NCBI GenBank assembly: GCA_022561385.1
Contig: JADFRG010000007.1
Location: 14,498-78,497, forward strand
Direction: 5' to 3'
DNA: 64,000 nt
Source of the DNA: Chloroflexota bacterium
GTDB taxonomy: Bacteria > Chloroflexota > Anaerolineae > Anaerolineales > E44-bin32
Shown: in pieces, positions 18,883 through 29,060 of the stretch
How positions within the stretch are numbered: position 1 is the first letter of the stretch
How the letters are laid out: each line of letters begins with the position of its first letter
Notes under the pieces: generated by a model
The model's database searches: none
What the model saw: the letters and a program-made list of their open reading frames with translations, nothing else
What the model was told of the DNA's origin: nothing
Translations under genes and position numbers: made by a program

Positions 18883-18909
18883 AACAAAAACGCACCTCAT
18901 CGGTGCGCT
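18883..18909 (-). terminator. Rho-independent terminator after the sigma factor gene
   Basis: The minus strand reads GCGCACC-GATGA-GGTGCGT followed by TTTTTGTTAT. Confidence 0.6.
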
Positions 18910-18939
18910 TTTGTGATTGGATAATCCACTGAGGGGAAA

Positions 18940-19968
18940 TTAACTTTCCCAGTAATCCAGCAGCCGGCTGCGCTGGGAGGGGTGGCGGAGCCTTCGCAGC
19001 GCTTGAGCCTCCAGCTGGCGCGCACGTTCGCGGGTAACGCCCAGCTGATTTCCAATCGCTTCGAGGGTGTGGGTCATTCCGTCCTTCAATCCATAACGCA
19101 GTTCAAGGGCCACGCGCTCGCGTGGCGGCAGGTCTTCAAGCGCCAGGCGAAGATCGTCGCCCAACAAACTCTCAAGTGTCCAGACTTCTGGATTGTGCCC
19201 ATCCTCGTCGGGGATGAGATCGCCCAGTTCCCGATCGTTCTCCTCATCCATGGGCTTTTCGAGCGAAAGCGGCTGCTCCATTGCGTGAACGAGTTCCTCG
19301 ACGCGTTCCACGGAAACTTCCAACTTCTCCGCAAGATCTTCGAGAGTAGGATCCCGACCTAGGGTCTGGGTCAGTTGGGTCGCCGCGTGCCGTAACTTCG
19401 TGATCTGCTCACCCATGTAGACCGGAAGCCGGATGGTTCGACTTTGGTCGGATATGGCGCGCGTGACCGCCTGGCGAATCCACCATGTGGCATAGGTCGA
19501 AAATTTGAGACCGCGACGCCAGTCGAATTTCTTGGCGGCGCGCATCAGTCCGATATGACCTTCCTGGATCAGATCGGTAAATGGAACACCGCGCCCACGG
19601 TACCTGCGGGCGACACTAATTACTAAACGAGAATTTGCAAGAATCAGGTGCTCAAAAGCCGCCATTCCGTCCTGGACCTGTTGAAACAACTTCCGTCTGC
19701 GTTCGGCGACTATCCCGTCCTTGGCCAGCGCTCCACTGGACTCGTTCCCCAGCTCAATTTTCTTGGCTAGATCGACTTCGTCCTGCATCTTAAGCAGAGG
19801 CACGCGGCCAACATTCGAGAGGTACTGAGCGATTGAATCGCCCGAGTCGGCCGCACGCATCGCCGAGAGGTCAAATTCCAGATCTTCAACGGTAGGGCCG
19901 ACGCTTCCGCCCTTCAAGTTGGCGCCGCCTCGGATAATTTTGGTTACGTCCAGTATTTTGTCACTCAC
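18940..19968 (-). CDS. RNA polymerase sigma-70 family factor (RpoD-like, regions 1.2-4)
   Basis: LIQEGHIGLMRAAKKFDWRRGLKFSTYATWWIRQAVTRA (region 2) and TLEAIGNQLGVTRERARQLEAQALRRLR (region 4.2). Confidence 0.85.
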   Translation of the reverse strand: MSDKILDVTKIIRGGANLKGGSVGPTVEDLEFDLSAMRAADSGDSIAQYLSNVGRVPLLKMQDEVDLAKKIELGNESSGALAKDGIVAERRRKLFQQVQDGMAAFEHLILANSRLVISVARRYRGRGVPFTDLIQEGHIGLMRAAKKFDWRRGLKFSTYATWWIRQAVTRAISDQSRTIRLPVYMGEQITKLRHAATQLTQTLGRDPTLEDLAEKLEVSVERVEELVHAMEQPLSLEKPMDEENDRELGDLIPDEDGHNPEVWTLESLLGDDLRLALEDLPPRERVALELRYGLKDGMTHTLEAIGNQLGVTRERARQLEAQALRRLRHPSQRSRLLDYWES

Positions 19969-20102
19969 ATTTTTTCCCTTACTTCAGGACCTCGGTACCG
20001 TCCTTGCGCAGGCAAGACATACTTGCCCAAGTTATTTGTACAGGATATTCATAAGCGGCGCATTGGTAAATTGTCAGCGTTTCGTTAGAGGAAGTCCCTT
20101 GC

Positions 20103-21071
20103 TTAGGCACCCTTTGGATCGGGCTCTCCGGCAAACAGGTCGCTCGCGGTGAGCCAAACCAGCAACCCTAATCCTACTCCGAACCACAACGTGGCAAAAC
20201 GGATCAGAAGGGTGGCTGAGGCGGCCGTCGTCGCAGAAAGACCAAGCAGCAGGGCCAGCATGCCCGCGATGCTCCCGTCAGCCGCGACCAACCCGCCGGG
20301 AAGAGCCGAAATGGCGCCCACGATGGTCGAGAAGGAGAGGACGAATACCGCTATGCCAAAGGTGTACGTAGTGGGAGCCACCCCCAATCCCAGCAGCACC
20401 AGGTACATCGCCACCCCTTCACCCAGCCAGGCCACAGTTCCCAAGGCCACTGCGATAAGGGTGGCTTTCGGCCGGAAGAGAACGTAGGATCCTTCATAGA
20501 ATTCGGAAAGCGGGTCTGCCACGCGCCGCACGATCGGGATTCTGCGCGAGAAATCAATTAACCATCGCCCAAGCGGGCGGATTTGCGAAATCAATATAAC
20601 GCCGATCAGCGCCCCGGCCACGATCGAGAAGATAGGCCAATATTGTCGGTAGGCGAAGACCCCCACCGTAGACAGTAGAAGCACCCCCAGTCCATCGCTG
20701 ATTCGTTCCGCCAAAACAACCATCAAACCTTTCGGCGTCGGTGTACCCACGGCACGCTTCAGCCAGGTCGCCTTCAGCGCCTCCCCGGCCTTCCCGGGCG
20801 TAACTGCCAGCGGAAAGCCTGCGACGAAAATCCGCGCGCTTTCTCTTACGGAGATATTGTTGACTCCGATCCGACCGAGGTAGTAATGCCACTTGACGAA
20901 ACGCAGTACGTAGCCAAACACGGTGGAGGCAAGAATCAGCGGAACCAGGCTCCAGGTAAATCCCGCCAGCTCCTCTCCTACCTGCCTGATGTCACCCAAC
21001 ACTGCCAGGGCGATAAAAACCAGAAAGCCGAGAATCAGACCCGCAGCCAGTTTACGCGTCAAATTTTTCAT
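20103..21071 (-). CDS. UPF0104 / lysylphosphatidylglycerol-synthase-TM-region-like membrane protein (flippase-like)
   Basis: 322 aa, about 8 TM, with the typical N-terminal KxxxxxxLxxxVFIALA pattern. The family assignment is from memory. Confidence 0.6.
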   Translation of the reverse strand: MKNLTRKLAAGLILGFLVFIALAVLGDIRQVGEELAGFTWSLVPLILASTVFGYVLRFVKWHYYLGRIGVNNISVRESARIFVAGFPLAVTPGKAGEALKATWLKRAVGTPTPKGLMVVLAERISDGLGVLLLSTVGVFAYRQYWPIFSIVAGALIGVILISQIRPLGRWLIDFSRRIPIVRRVADPLSEFYEGSYVLFRPKATLIAVALGTVAWLGEGVAMYLVLLGLGVAPTTYTFGIAVFVLSFSTIVGAISALPGGLVAADGSIAGMLALLLGLSATTAASATLLIRFATLWFGVGLGLLVWLTASDLFAGEPDPKGA

Positions 21072-21179
21072 GTTGACCAGTGAATGAACCGCTCACGATG
21101 GATAAGGGCCCGCCAAAGGTGCGAGTCCGGGGTCGAGGCCCCCGCCACTTTCCGGGAACCGAGCTGAGACCTTGAGGGC

Positions 21180-22463
21180 CTAGCGCCCCGCAACTAAGCC
21201 GATTCCAATCGCGACCAGCGCGATCAGAGCCAGCAAAGCTACCCCCGCCTGAACCACGGTTTTGGGCTCCATCCCCGGCATGACAACATCGCCATCGCCG
21301 TAGGTCTTAAAAAGTTTCCCCCATTCTGTCTTGAGTGCTTCGAGCACGCGGCCGCGGCCGACGAACGGATACCAATAGACATTGTGGTAAAAGTTGCTGG
21401 CGAAGTAAGACCATGGGACCAGAGGCGACTGCAGCAGCACCTTTTCGAGCGGCTTCAATGGTCCGTGGTAGATTGCCCGCTGGCCTCGACTTGCCAGTGT
21501 GTCCTCCTGGCGAAAATTCCAGGGTTCTTCGGTCTCGATATCGTGGCCCACTATTTCAATCTGGGTGGGATCTCCGACTCCCAGCCCGAGCTCATGCGCG
21601 CGGCGGATAAACCGAATCTGCATCGGATCAAACCCCTGGAGCCGAGCAGATACTGAATCGATGGCAACCTGATCCGCCGAGGCCAGAAGAATGTCTTTCT
21701 GATGCCAGCGCATGGCGCGTGGCCCGGGACCGTCGCCCGCGAAAGTGCCATCCATGAGGGCAAACAAACCCGGATGGATTTCCTGCTGGATCATCAGCAG
21801 GTCCACCAGCGTGTCGTGGATGACGGCGTGTGTCCAATGCCGGTTGCGGTGAAGTAGCCCTCCGAAGGCGTTTTTCATGGCACCCGTGATAGTGGTGAAC
21901 ACGTGGGTCTTAACGGTTGGCAGCTGGATCATATTGAGGCCGACCAGCGCCTTAGGTATAAACACACCATCCGGATACACCTTATCAAGCACCAGCAGCG
22001 GTGTGCTGGGTTTGTACTCGAACCATTCAAAGTTTTCCTCATATAGGTAGATACAAGGGATGCCGTGTTTGTCGGTGACGAACCGGTGCCTGTTGTTGAT
22101 TTCACCTACGGCGGTATCCACAACAACCGTATCGTTGTGCACTCCCACCAGATCGGTATAACCGGCGTCTTGCAACGCTAGGATTGCGCCCTCGATCTGC
22201 CAGGGAGCCGAAGAACACGCCGGGTACCAAGTCTGCCAGGAGATGTTGATCTTTAATCCGGTGGTTGTGTCTCTGGGCAGTGCGCGCTCGAATTCGCCCA
22301 AGCGCATTACCTTGTGCACATCTTCAAGAATGGAGGCGGGAGAGGTTTTGACCACGGCCACCTTGCCGCGTCCGGGGAACTCGCTCATAACGAACCATTC
22401 TAAACCCGCGCCGCGTGCGGGGAAAGTAATAGGCCTATCGGTCGCCAAGATATCAAGAGACAA
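21180..22463 (-). CDS. DUF362 domain protein with a C-terminal TM anchor
   Basis: The KINISWQ...PTVKTHVFTTITGAMKNAFGGL...MDGTFAGDGPGP pattern matches DUF362. An alternative start is ATG 22388. Confidence 0.7.
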   Translation of the reverse strand: MSLDILATDRPITFPARGAGLEWFVMSEFPGRGKVAVVKTSPASILEDVHKVMRLGEFERALPRDTTTGLKINISWQTWYPACSSAPWQIEGAILALQDAGYTDLVGVHNDTVVVDTAVGEINNRHRFVTDKHGIPCIYLYEENFEWFEYKPSTPLLVLDKVYPDGVFIPKALVGLNMIQLPTVKTHVFTTITGAMKNAFGGLLHRNRHWTHAVIHDTLVDLLMIQQEIHPGLFALMDGTFAGDGPGPRAMRWHQKDILLASADQVAIDSVSARLQGFDPMQIRFIRRAHELGLGVGDPTQIEIVGHDIETEEPWNFRQEDTLASRGQRAIYHGPLKPLEKVLLQSPLVPWSYFASNFYHNVYWYPFVGRGRVLEALKTEWGKLFKTYGDGDVVMPGMEPKTVVQAGVALLALIALVAIGIGLVAGR

Positions 22464-22498
22464 GGCCGAATCGACCCCCGTGCTAAAATAGCCGCGGC

Positions 22499-22942
22499 AT
22501 GTATCCTTTCGAGCTCAAGCGGCGGCAAGGCGTCACAGTGAGAGGTGTCGACGCAGCCTGGAAACATCAGGTCCGGCTGCAAATTTACCTTCCGTTTGGA
22601 GCGGGGCTTCTGGTTGTTGGCCTGCTTATTGGGCTGCTGTGGCTGTCAGGTGTTGGTGATGCCAGTGCGTGGGCCGACGTTTCGATCGTCCTGCTATTTG
22701 CTCTGGCGATCCTGCTCGGAATCGTGGGATTGGTGATTATTGTGGCCGCCATGATCGGGGTGATTTATCTGATCCGGCTGATCCCCCCACCTTTCGATCG
22801 AACGCGGTCGGCCGCGTCCGAGGCGCAGGCGGCCGTCTCACAGGCGAGCGAAGCCGCGGCCAAGCCGGTCATCGTGCCGAGGGCGGCCTCCTATGCGTTG
22901 ATCGCAGGCGTTCGTTACCTGGCCGGCATATTTAAGGGTTAG
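22499..22942 (+). CDS. Hypothetical membrane protein
   Basis: ORF with three hydrophobic helices. No family was recognised. Confidence 0.4.
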   Translation: MYPFELKRRQGVTVRGVDAAWKHQVRLQIYLPFGAGLLVVGLLIGLLWLSGVGDASAWADVSIVLLFALAILLGIVGLVIIVAAMIGVIYLIRLIPPPFDRTRSAASEAQAAVSQASEAAAKPVIVPRAASYALIAGVRYLAGIFKG

Positions 22943-22947
22943 ATAAT

Positions 22948-23154
22948 ATGAAATCGAATTGGAAAACCAAGGCGCTCATTATCGGTGGCCTGATCGGCGC
23001 TCTGGCCGGTCTCGGAGCTACTTTCATCATGGTTCGACGCTCGGACGAGCCCCCAGAGATGGGCGCCACCGATGGTATCAAGCTGGGACTCTTGTTACTT
23101 GGCCTCGTGCGCCAGGTGGGTGAATTGGGAGGCCAAAAGGAGATCGAGCGATAG
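22948..23154 (+). CDS. Hypothetical small membrane protein
   Basis: 68 aa with one or two TM segments, immediately downstream of the previous ORF. Confidence 0.4.
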   Translation: MKSNWKTKALIIGGLIGALAGLGATFIMVRRSDEPPEMGATDGIKLGLLLLGLVRQVGELGGQKEIER

Positions 23155-23414
23155 GATCATCGCTCGTTAGCAGGATAGGGACCAACGAGAGCGGAGGCAA
23201 ACACCCTGTAATTAGCTTCCTGGTCCAACCTCGTAATTCGACCTGTGACACCAGTTCTGAGTCCGTCGGTTCAAACGGTTCGCCCTGGAGGTACTCACCA
23301 GGGCGGTTTCATTTCGGCGCTGGTTAAGCTGGTGAGGCTCGCAGCCGGACCAACCGCCACCGTGTGGATTCCGCCCCTGCCTGCAGCCTGCTCGACGCGG
23401 CGCGAAATGAGAAC

Positions 23415-25046
23415 ATGAGGCTCGCAACCCGGCCAACCGCCACCGTGTGGCTCCTGTTACCGCTGCTTGCAGCCTGCTCGGCCGCTCCTGAGACGCAGGT
23501 GCCGAGTCCGGTTCCACCGACGGCAACCCAATTGCCGACCCCTGCACCAACCCCGAAACCAGTGCCGTCCACGGTACGGCTCTGGGCTTCTCCGGCCCTA
23601 CCCGCCGCCCTGTTTGGTCCTGCCCAGAGGGTCGCTCAAGTGGGGGATCTGCAGGTCGAGTGGGTCGAGGACCCTGCGCAGGCGGAAGTACGAATCGAAC
23701 CCAGCCCGGACCGGCCGCTCACGCGCTGGATCTACGCGGTTGTGGCCCCTTTCCCCACAATTGAGGATCAAATTTCCCTGGAGGAACTACGCCGCGCCTG
23801 GACCTCCGCCGAGAGCGAAATCGCCTTCTACCTCACCGACCGAGTGGCAAATGAGCTGGCCACCCTGCTCGGGAGCGAAGCTAAATTACAGCTGGCTTCC
23901 GGGGAACGCATACTGGATCAGGTCTGGGAGGCGCGCAACGCCTATGCCATCATCCCGTTTGAGAAGCTCGAGCCGCGCTGGAAGGTGATAAGACTCGATA
24001 ACCGCTCGCCTCTCGACCGGGACTTTGATTCGCAGAGTTACCCGTTGGTTGTTAGCTTCGGCCTGAGCGGCGATCCCGAGCTTATGGATTTGCTGGACCC
24101 TCTTCTAGACTGGCCCCGATCCAATCGAGATCCCAACAAGATAACCACGGTTCTAATGACGGGGGTCTCGGCGCTGGTCCGGGCCACGGCCTGGAGGATG
24201 GATCGCTACGGGGTCGACTACCCCGGCCAACAGATCGGGGCGATCATGCGACAGGCGGACATCACTCATATCAGTCACGAATCGGCCTTTACCGAGGATT
24301 GCCCACCGCCGGATCCGGTTCAAACCAGCCTCCGGTTTTGTTCCGCACCCCGACATTTACCTTTGTTTGAGGCGGTTGGAGTGGATCTGATCGAACTCTC
24401 AGGTAACCACCTGGCGGATTGGGGAACCGAGGCCCTGCTATCCACGCTGGACTTATACGATCAGCAGGGATTTGAGACGTTCGCGGGCGGCCGCGACCTG
24501 GCGGAGGCTCGCCTGCCGGCACTCATCGAGCACAACGGTAACCGGATCGCATTTCTCGGCTGCAATGAGCCCGGACCGGCCTACGTCTGGGCCAAAGCGG
24601 ATCGCCCCGGGGCTCTACGCTGCGATGACGATGGGTTAATGAAACGCGTGACGCAATTGGCGGACGATGGCTACTCTGTAATTTTCACTTTTCAATGGCG
24701 GGAATCGGCGAGCACGAGCCCCCTGCCCGATCAGATAGACGCTTTTCGGCGCGCCATCGAGGCCGGCGCGGTTATTGTCAGCGGCAGCCAGGCCCATCGA
24801 CCTCAATCGATGGAGTTCTACGCCGGGGGCCTGATCCACTACGGTCTGGGGAACCTGTTCTTTGATCAGATGTACAAGCTGTCGCTGCGTCAGGAATTTC
24901 TGGATCGGCACACCTTCTACGATGGGCGCTATATCAACACCGAGCTGGTGACCGCTATGCTGGAGGATTTTGCGCAGCCGCGGCCGATGACCGAAGTGGA
25001 ACGTGCGGCCTTGCTGGGAGAGATCTTCGCGGCAAGCGGATGGTGA
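23415..25046 (+). CDS. CapA-family (PGA_cap metallophosphatase-like) lipoprotein
   Basis: The signal peptide MRLATRPTATVWLLLPLLAAC has a lipobox. SHESAF, ELSGNHLADWG, FLGCNE, SGSQAHRPQ and HYGLGNLFFDQ motifs fit CapA. Confidence 0.75.
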   Translation: MRLATRPTATVWLLLPLLAACSAAPETQVPSPVPPTATQLPTPAPTPKPVPSTVRLWASPALPAALFGPAQRVAQVGDLQVEWVEDPAQAEVRIEPSPDRPLTRWIYAVVAPFPTIEDQISLEELRRAWTSAESEIAFYLTDRVANELATLLGSEAKLQLASGERILDQVWEARNAYAIIPFEKLEPRWKVIRLDNRSPLDRDFDSQSYPLVVSFGLSGDPELMDLLDPLLDWPRSNRDPNKITTVLMTGVSALVRATAWRMDRYGVDYPGQQIGAIMRQADITHISHESAFTEDCPPPDPVQTSLRFCSAPRHLPLFEAVGVDLIELSGNHLADWGTEALLSTLDLYDQQGFETFAGGRDLAEARLPALIEHNGNRIAFLGCNEPGPAYVWAKADRPGALRCDDDGLMKRVTQLADDGYSVIFTFQWRESASTSPLPDQIDAFRRAIEAGAVIVSGSQAHRPQSMEFYAGGLIHYGLGNLFFDQMYKLSLRQEFLDRHTFYDGRYINTELVTAMLEDFAQPRPMTEVERAALLGEIFAASGW

Positions 25047-25058
25047 AGCGTCCGGAGG

Positions 25059-26567
25059 TCAGAGGATCTCGGCTCGGTCCTTCAGCAAGCCGCGGATTTC
25101 TATTCGTTTCTCCTCTGAGAGATCCTCAAGCTTCCGAAGCTCCTCAAGCCACCGGGCAGCCAATTTCCGGTCCGTAAGGCCGCTCGCATTTGCTTTCACA
25201 TTCAGACTCGCGGATAAAACAGCCGCCATTGCAAGCCTTCCGGCGACTCCCGCATCGCTCAGCGCATTCCTGTTGCCGATCGCCAAAATTTCCGCCGCCA
25301 AGCCCAGTACCTCTGCCGAGCTTCTGGCCACTTGCAGGGGCACATCGCTTGCGCGCACGGTCGCTAGCTCGAGGGCCTCGGCCCTGGCGGCCGTTTCTTC
25401 GGATGTGTCCCTGGGCATGCTCAGTGCCTTCATTACGTTATCAAACGCCTGCGCGTCCTCGACAACGGCAGCCTCGAGGCCTCCGCGCAGCGTCTCCGCC
25501 TTCTGTACGATGGCGAGCGCCCGATGCTCTACGTCCTTGTATTTCTTCTTTCCAACCGTGAGCCGACCCACCATGGCTACAAGAGCCGCGGCCATGGCTC
25601 CCGCCTGGGCGGCCGCCGATCCGCCGCCAGGAGTCGGGGTGCCCTCTGCCAGCCGATCCAGGAAGGACCTCTCCTCCAAGGCAACCAGGTGACTTTCGAT
25701 GATCTGCTCCGGTAACAATTTGTCAAGCTGCAAGTAGCCAGCCGCGGTGTCAATCAGAGCCGCCTGAGGGATCAAACCTACCAACTCCGAACTGTGTATT
25801 TCCACTCCGAAGCTATCCGCCTCAACCCGGACCATTTCGACCACGCGGTAAATTGAAGTGCGGGCAAAATCCGTCAGGTTCATTGAAACCTGAGCTCGGC
25901 CATCCACGAGCAATCCAAGCGCCTTGACATACGCGAGCCCGCCATCGGAGTGGCGCACGCGTTTGGCAATTTGTTTGGCCACCTCGACGTCGTCGGTAGT
26001 CAGGTTCACATTAAAGGCAATCAGTGGTTTGCGAGCACCGACCACGGTGGCACCCGCTGGGCCAAGCTTTTTAGGGCCGAAATCTGGGGCTCGATCCGGA
26101 TCGTTCGCGATCGAGGCCTTTAAGCCCTCATATTCACCGCGCCGGATGTCCGCCAGATTGACACGATCGGGGCGGGTGGCGGCGGCTTCATATAAATAGA
26201 CCGGGATGCCCAATTCGTGTGCCACGCGCTGGCCGAGCTCGCGTGCCAGGACCACGCATTCCTCCATTGTGACCTCCTGAATCGGAACAAAGGGCACCAC
26301 ATCCGTAGCTCCGAGGCGTGGATGTTGCCCCTCGTGTGCATCCAGGTCGATGAGTTCGGCGGCCTTTGACACACAGGCATAAGCCGCCTCCGCCGCAGCC
26401 TTGGGCGGCCCAATAAAAGTGATCACCGTGCGGTTGTGATCCACGTCGCTATGCCGGTCGAGAAGCCGGACCCCCGGCACGGATTCGATAGAGGCCGCGA
26501 TCGCATCCAACACCTCGGCCTTCCGGCCCTCTGAGAAGTTCGGTACACATTCAACTAGTTTCATCAA
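25059..26567 (-). CDS. Bifunctional glutamate formimidoyltransferase / formimidoyl-THF cyclodeaminase (FTCD-type fusion)
   Basis: N terminus MMKLVECVPNFSEGR (formiminotransferase signature). The C-terminal roughly 180 aa helical domain contains TPTPGGGSAAAQAGAMAAALVAMV (cyclodeaminase signature). Confidence 0.85.
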   Translation of the reverse strand: MMKLVECVPNFSEGRKAEVLDAIAASIESVPGVRLLDRHSDVDHNRTVITFIGPPKAAAEAAYACVSKAAELIDLDAHEGQHPRLGATDVVPFVPIQEVTMEECVVLARELGQRVAHELGIPVYLYEAAATRPDRVNLADIRRGEYEGLKASIANDPDRAPDFGPKKLGPAGATVVGARKPLIAFNVNLTTDDVEVAKQIAKRVRHSDGGLAYVKALGLLVDGRAQVSMNLTDFARTSIYRVVEMVRVEADSFGVEIHSSELVGLIPQAALIDTAAGYLQLDKLLPEQIIESHLVALEERSFLDRLAEGTPTPGGGSAAAQAGAMAAALVAMVGRLTVGKKKYKDVEHRALAIVQKAETLRGGLEAAVVEDAQAFDNVMKALSMPRDTSEETAARAEALELATVRASDVPLQVARSSAEVLGLAAEILAIGNRNALSDAGVAGRLAMAAVLSASLNVKANASGLTDRKLAARWLEELRKLEDLSEEKRIEIRGLLKDRAEIL

Positions 26568-26717
26568 TCACCCGCGACGTGAGATCACAGGATTATAGCC
26601 AGCGATTCGATCAGGGAGCGGGAACTTAGAGAAGCGAGGCGGCCAGGGGATGGCGAGGATACAGGCGAGCTGCGCTTGCGCCCCAGCGGGCGCCATGAAG
26701 AGGGGAGTGGGAGGGTT

Positions 26718-27416
26718 CTAAGGTTGAGCTTGAAGCTTCAGAGCGCTGGGATCCATGATCCGGATCCGCTTACGTCCGATCTCCACCCAGCCGTGCGACT
26801 TGAATTCGTTGAGGGTCTGTGTGGCAGTTTCACGGTAGGTGCCCAGCATTTCGGCCAGATCCTGGTGTGTGTAGCCCTCAATTGTGTCACCGGATTGGCT
26901 GTCACTGGCTAGATCCTGCAGCAGCGCGGCCAGGCGGACAGGAATGCTCTTGAAAGCCAGATCTTCGAGCTTGGCCTCGGTTCTCCTCAGTCGGGCAGCC
27001 ATATTTTCAAGAAAGCGCAGGGCCACCTGAGGCTTCTCCTTGATAATGCGCTCAACATCCATGCGGCTCATCACGCAAAGTGTGCAATCCTCGACCGCCT
27101 CGGCGAACGTGTTATGCATCCCTTGTCCAATGAGGGACATCTCGCCGAAAATGGCGCCTTTCTCCAACACCGCGACAACCAGCTTCTTACCCTCCGGAGA
27201 GAGACGATAGAGCTGTACACGGCCCTGCTTCAAGAGAAAAAGCACTTCACCTGCTTCATCTGGCCCATAAAATACGCGACCAAGCTCACAGGTACTCATG
27301 GTTGTAGAACGGTCCATCTCCTCCATTTCCTGATCGGTCAGGTCTTGGAAGATTTCGATTTCGGATAGGGCTTGAAGTTTGGTAATCTCCATGGGGCTTC
27401 GGGTCTGTCGCGTCAC
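26718..27416 (-). CDS. Crp/Fnr family transcriptional regulator
   Basis: cNMP-binding beta-roll (GAIFGEMSL) plus a C-terminal HTH ([22 protein letters not shown]). Confidence 0.85.
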   Translation of the reverse strand: MTRQTRSPMEITKLQALSEIEIFQDLTDQEMEEMDRSTTMSTCELGRVFYGPDEAGEVLFLLKQGRVQLYRLSPEGKKLVVAVLEKGAIFGEMSLIGQGMHNTFAEAVEDCTLCVMSRMDVERIIKEKPQVALRFLENMAARLRRTEAKLEDLAFKSIPVRLAALLQDLASDSQSGDTIEGYTHQDLAEMLGTYRETATQTLNEFKSHGWVEIGRKRIRIMDPSALKLQAQP

Positions 27417-27649
27417 GATCCTTGAGTGGCGAGCCTTTCGAACAACTCCGCTTCGTTCGGATTCCCCAGAAACAATGTAACGCCGTCCAGCAAATAAGTC
27501 GGCACTGCAAAAACGCTATCGGGCGTTTCGCCGTTAAGTTCGATTAAGTTTACTTCCACCTGCGGCATACGTTCCCGGACCTGGTCGGCTATCTTTCGAG
27601 CCTGTTCACAGGTCTCGCAGCAGTCGTCGATGTAGATGTCGAGTCGCAT
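27413..27649 (-). CDS. Small thioredoxin/glutaredoxin-fold protein
   Basis: 78 aa with a CCETC (CxxC) motif near the N terminus and a VPTY cis-Pro-like motif. It overlaps the crp start by 4 nt. Confidence 0.65.
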   Translation of the reverse strand: MRLDIYIDDCCETCEQARKIADQVRERMPQVEVNLIELNGETPDSVFAVPTYLLDGVTLFLGNPNEAELFERLATQGS

Positions 27650-27852
27650 TCCGCATCCTCGCTGCCTGAGTTCGGTTCAGGCTCTTTGATTCGGATTGAG
27701 CCTAATAGCGAGCCTAGCATAGCGAGTCGATGCGACCGGTAAGGCCAGTTACAGGCCTTGACCGCCGAAATCCGAAGATTGTTCCCCGATTATAACGAGC
27801 GGTTTACAATCTAAGATAAGGGTTTCATAATATAGAGTGGGTAGCCTCTGTA

Positions 27853-28473
27853 ATGCTTACGAGGCGCAGGATCACAGTTGTAATGAGGAGATGGATGGGA
27901 AACTACCGCTTGATCGCAACTGGGATGGCTGTCGGCTTGCTGGCTGCGGCCTGCCAGCCCGATCCCCAACCTGATACGCAGATTATTCCCGCACCGACGG
28001 ACGCCCCAGAACGGAAGCCTCCAACGGAGGCGCCCCTGGCTACGACGCAGAGCCAGCCGCAAGTATCAGCATCAGAACCCGTGGTCGCGGAAGGGGCCCA
28101 GACGCAAGTTCCCACATCGGAACCGTCGGCAGCACCGGTCACAGTGCGCCGCGATCTTGCGGCGACAGATCCGGCCACGGTTGACCTGGCGAATGGCACC
28201 CCCTCGCTAGTTGAGTTCTTCGCCTTCTGGTGACCGACCTGCCGAGCAATGGCGCCCGTCGTGCACGGGCTTGAAGCTAAGTACGCAGGCCGGATCAACT
28301 TTGTTTACCTGGATGTCGACGATCCCGACACCACTCCTTTCAAATCACAGCTCGGCTATCAGTACCAGCCGCACTTCTTCCTGCTCGATGGGGCCGGGAA
28401 CGTGCTGCAACAGTGGGTCGGGTTTGCCAGTGAGGGGGCGCTGGACGCCGCACTAGAATCGGTATCGGCATAA
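27853..28473 (+). CDS. Thioredoxin-fold lipoprotein, predicted selenoprotein (W-U-P-T-C; TGA 28231-28233 read as Sec)
   Basis: ORFs 27853-28233 and 28249-28473 share one frame and are separated only by TGA. The joined sequence reads ...SLVEFFAFW-U-PTCRAMAPVVHGLEAKYAGRINFVYLDVDD..., a Trx WCxxC context. Lipobox LLAAAC. The exact start is uncertain (27853, 27883 or 27895). Confidence 0.7.
28254..28270 (+). promoter_or_regulatory. Candidate bacterial SECIS hairpin for UGA 28231
   Basis: GCCCGT-CGTGC-ACGGGC (6 bp stem, 5 nt loop containing G) starts 21 nt after the UGA. No folding computation was run. Confidence 0.45.
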
Positions 28474-28708
28474 CCATCATCCAATAAACGCCTCGAAGGC
28501 ACCGCGGCCCTTCATCGGAGCCGCGGTTTCGCGTGTCTGGGGGGCCATATAATGCGCAGCGACTAAGTTGCGCTCAGGCTCGATGCCGGGGCTTGCAGGC
28601 ATAAAGGCCCATTGCAAGCGGTAAGGGACGCTCTAGACTATCCAAGGTGCCCCGAGAATGGGGTACAGAATACAAGGCGACGGACCGATCGGTACAGGGA
28701 GGGACAGG

Positions 28709-28981
28709 ATGAGCGACGACAAGACTAAACGTTTGAACCTGATGCGGTTTTGGCTATTTGGCACCTTTGTGATCTTGTGGGCAATTTCGCTGACCTATTA
28801 CTACATCAATCTAGCCCCAATCTCTGATGTGGGGACCGTCCTAAGGGCGGTTTGGCCCGTGTGGGCCACTGCGGCCGGGGGGGCGATAGTCATCTACGTC
28901 GGCTACAAGCGGTGGCTGGGGCGAAGCGATGGTGAAATGGGCTCCCCCGCGCCCGATCAGTCTTCGGCACCGCCTGCCTGA
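28709..28981 (+). CDS. Hypothetical small membrane protein
   Basis: ATG 28709 is preceded by GGGAGGGA. Two predicted TM helices. Confidence 0.4.
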   Translation: MSDDKTKRLNLMRFWLFGTFVILWAISLTYYYINLAPISDVGTVLRAVWPVWATAAGGAIVIYVGYKRWLGRSDGEMGSPAPDQSSAPPA

Positions 28982-29060
28982 ATTCCGAGTTAGTTAGAGC
29001 CATGTGAGGGCGGCCGCATAGGATATCTATATCCAGCAGTCGCCTAGCGTTTAATAGAGA

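Noticed and set aside
27650-27852. An FNR/CRP-type operator in the divergent region between the Grx-like/crp operon and the Sec-thioredoxin gene (TTGATTCGGATTGAG).
   Set aside because: The two half-sites are in direct rather than inverted orientation, so they do not match TTGAT-N4-ATCAA or TGTGA-N6-TCACA.
27853-28473. Reading the three TGA-split ORF pairs (27853/28249, 60008/60332 and 61666/61792) as pseudogenes or as separate short genes.
   Set aside because: In all three cases the single interrupting codon is TGA and falls exactly on the catalytic Cys of CxxC or CxxxxC, there is no other damage, the frame is kept, and a hairpin follows. By contrast, the genuine pseudogene at 7326-7691 has TAA and TAG stops at non-catalytic positions plus degraded motifs.
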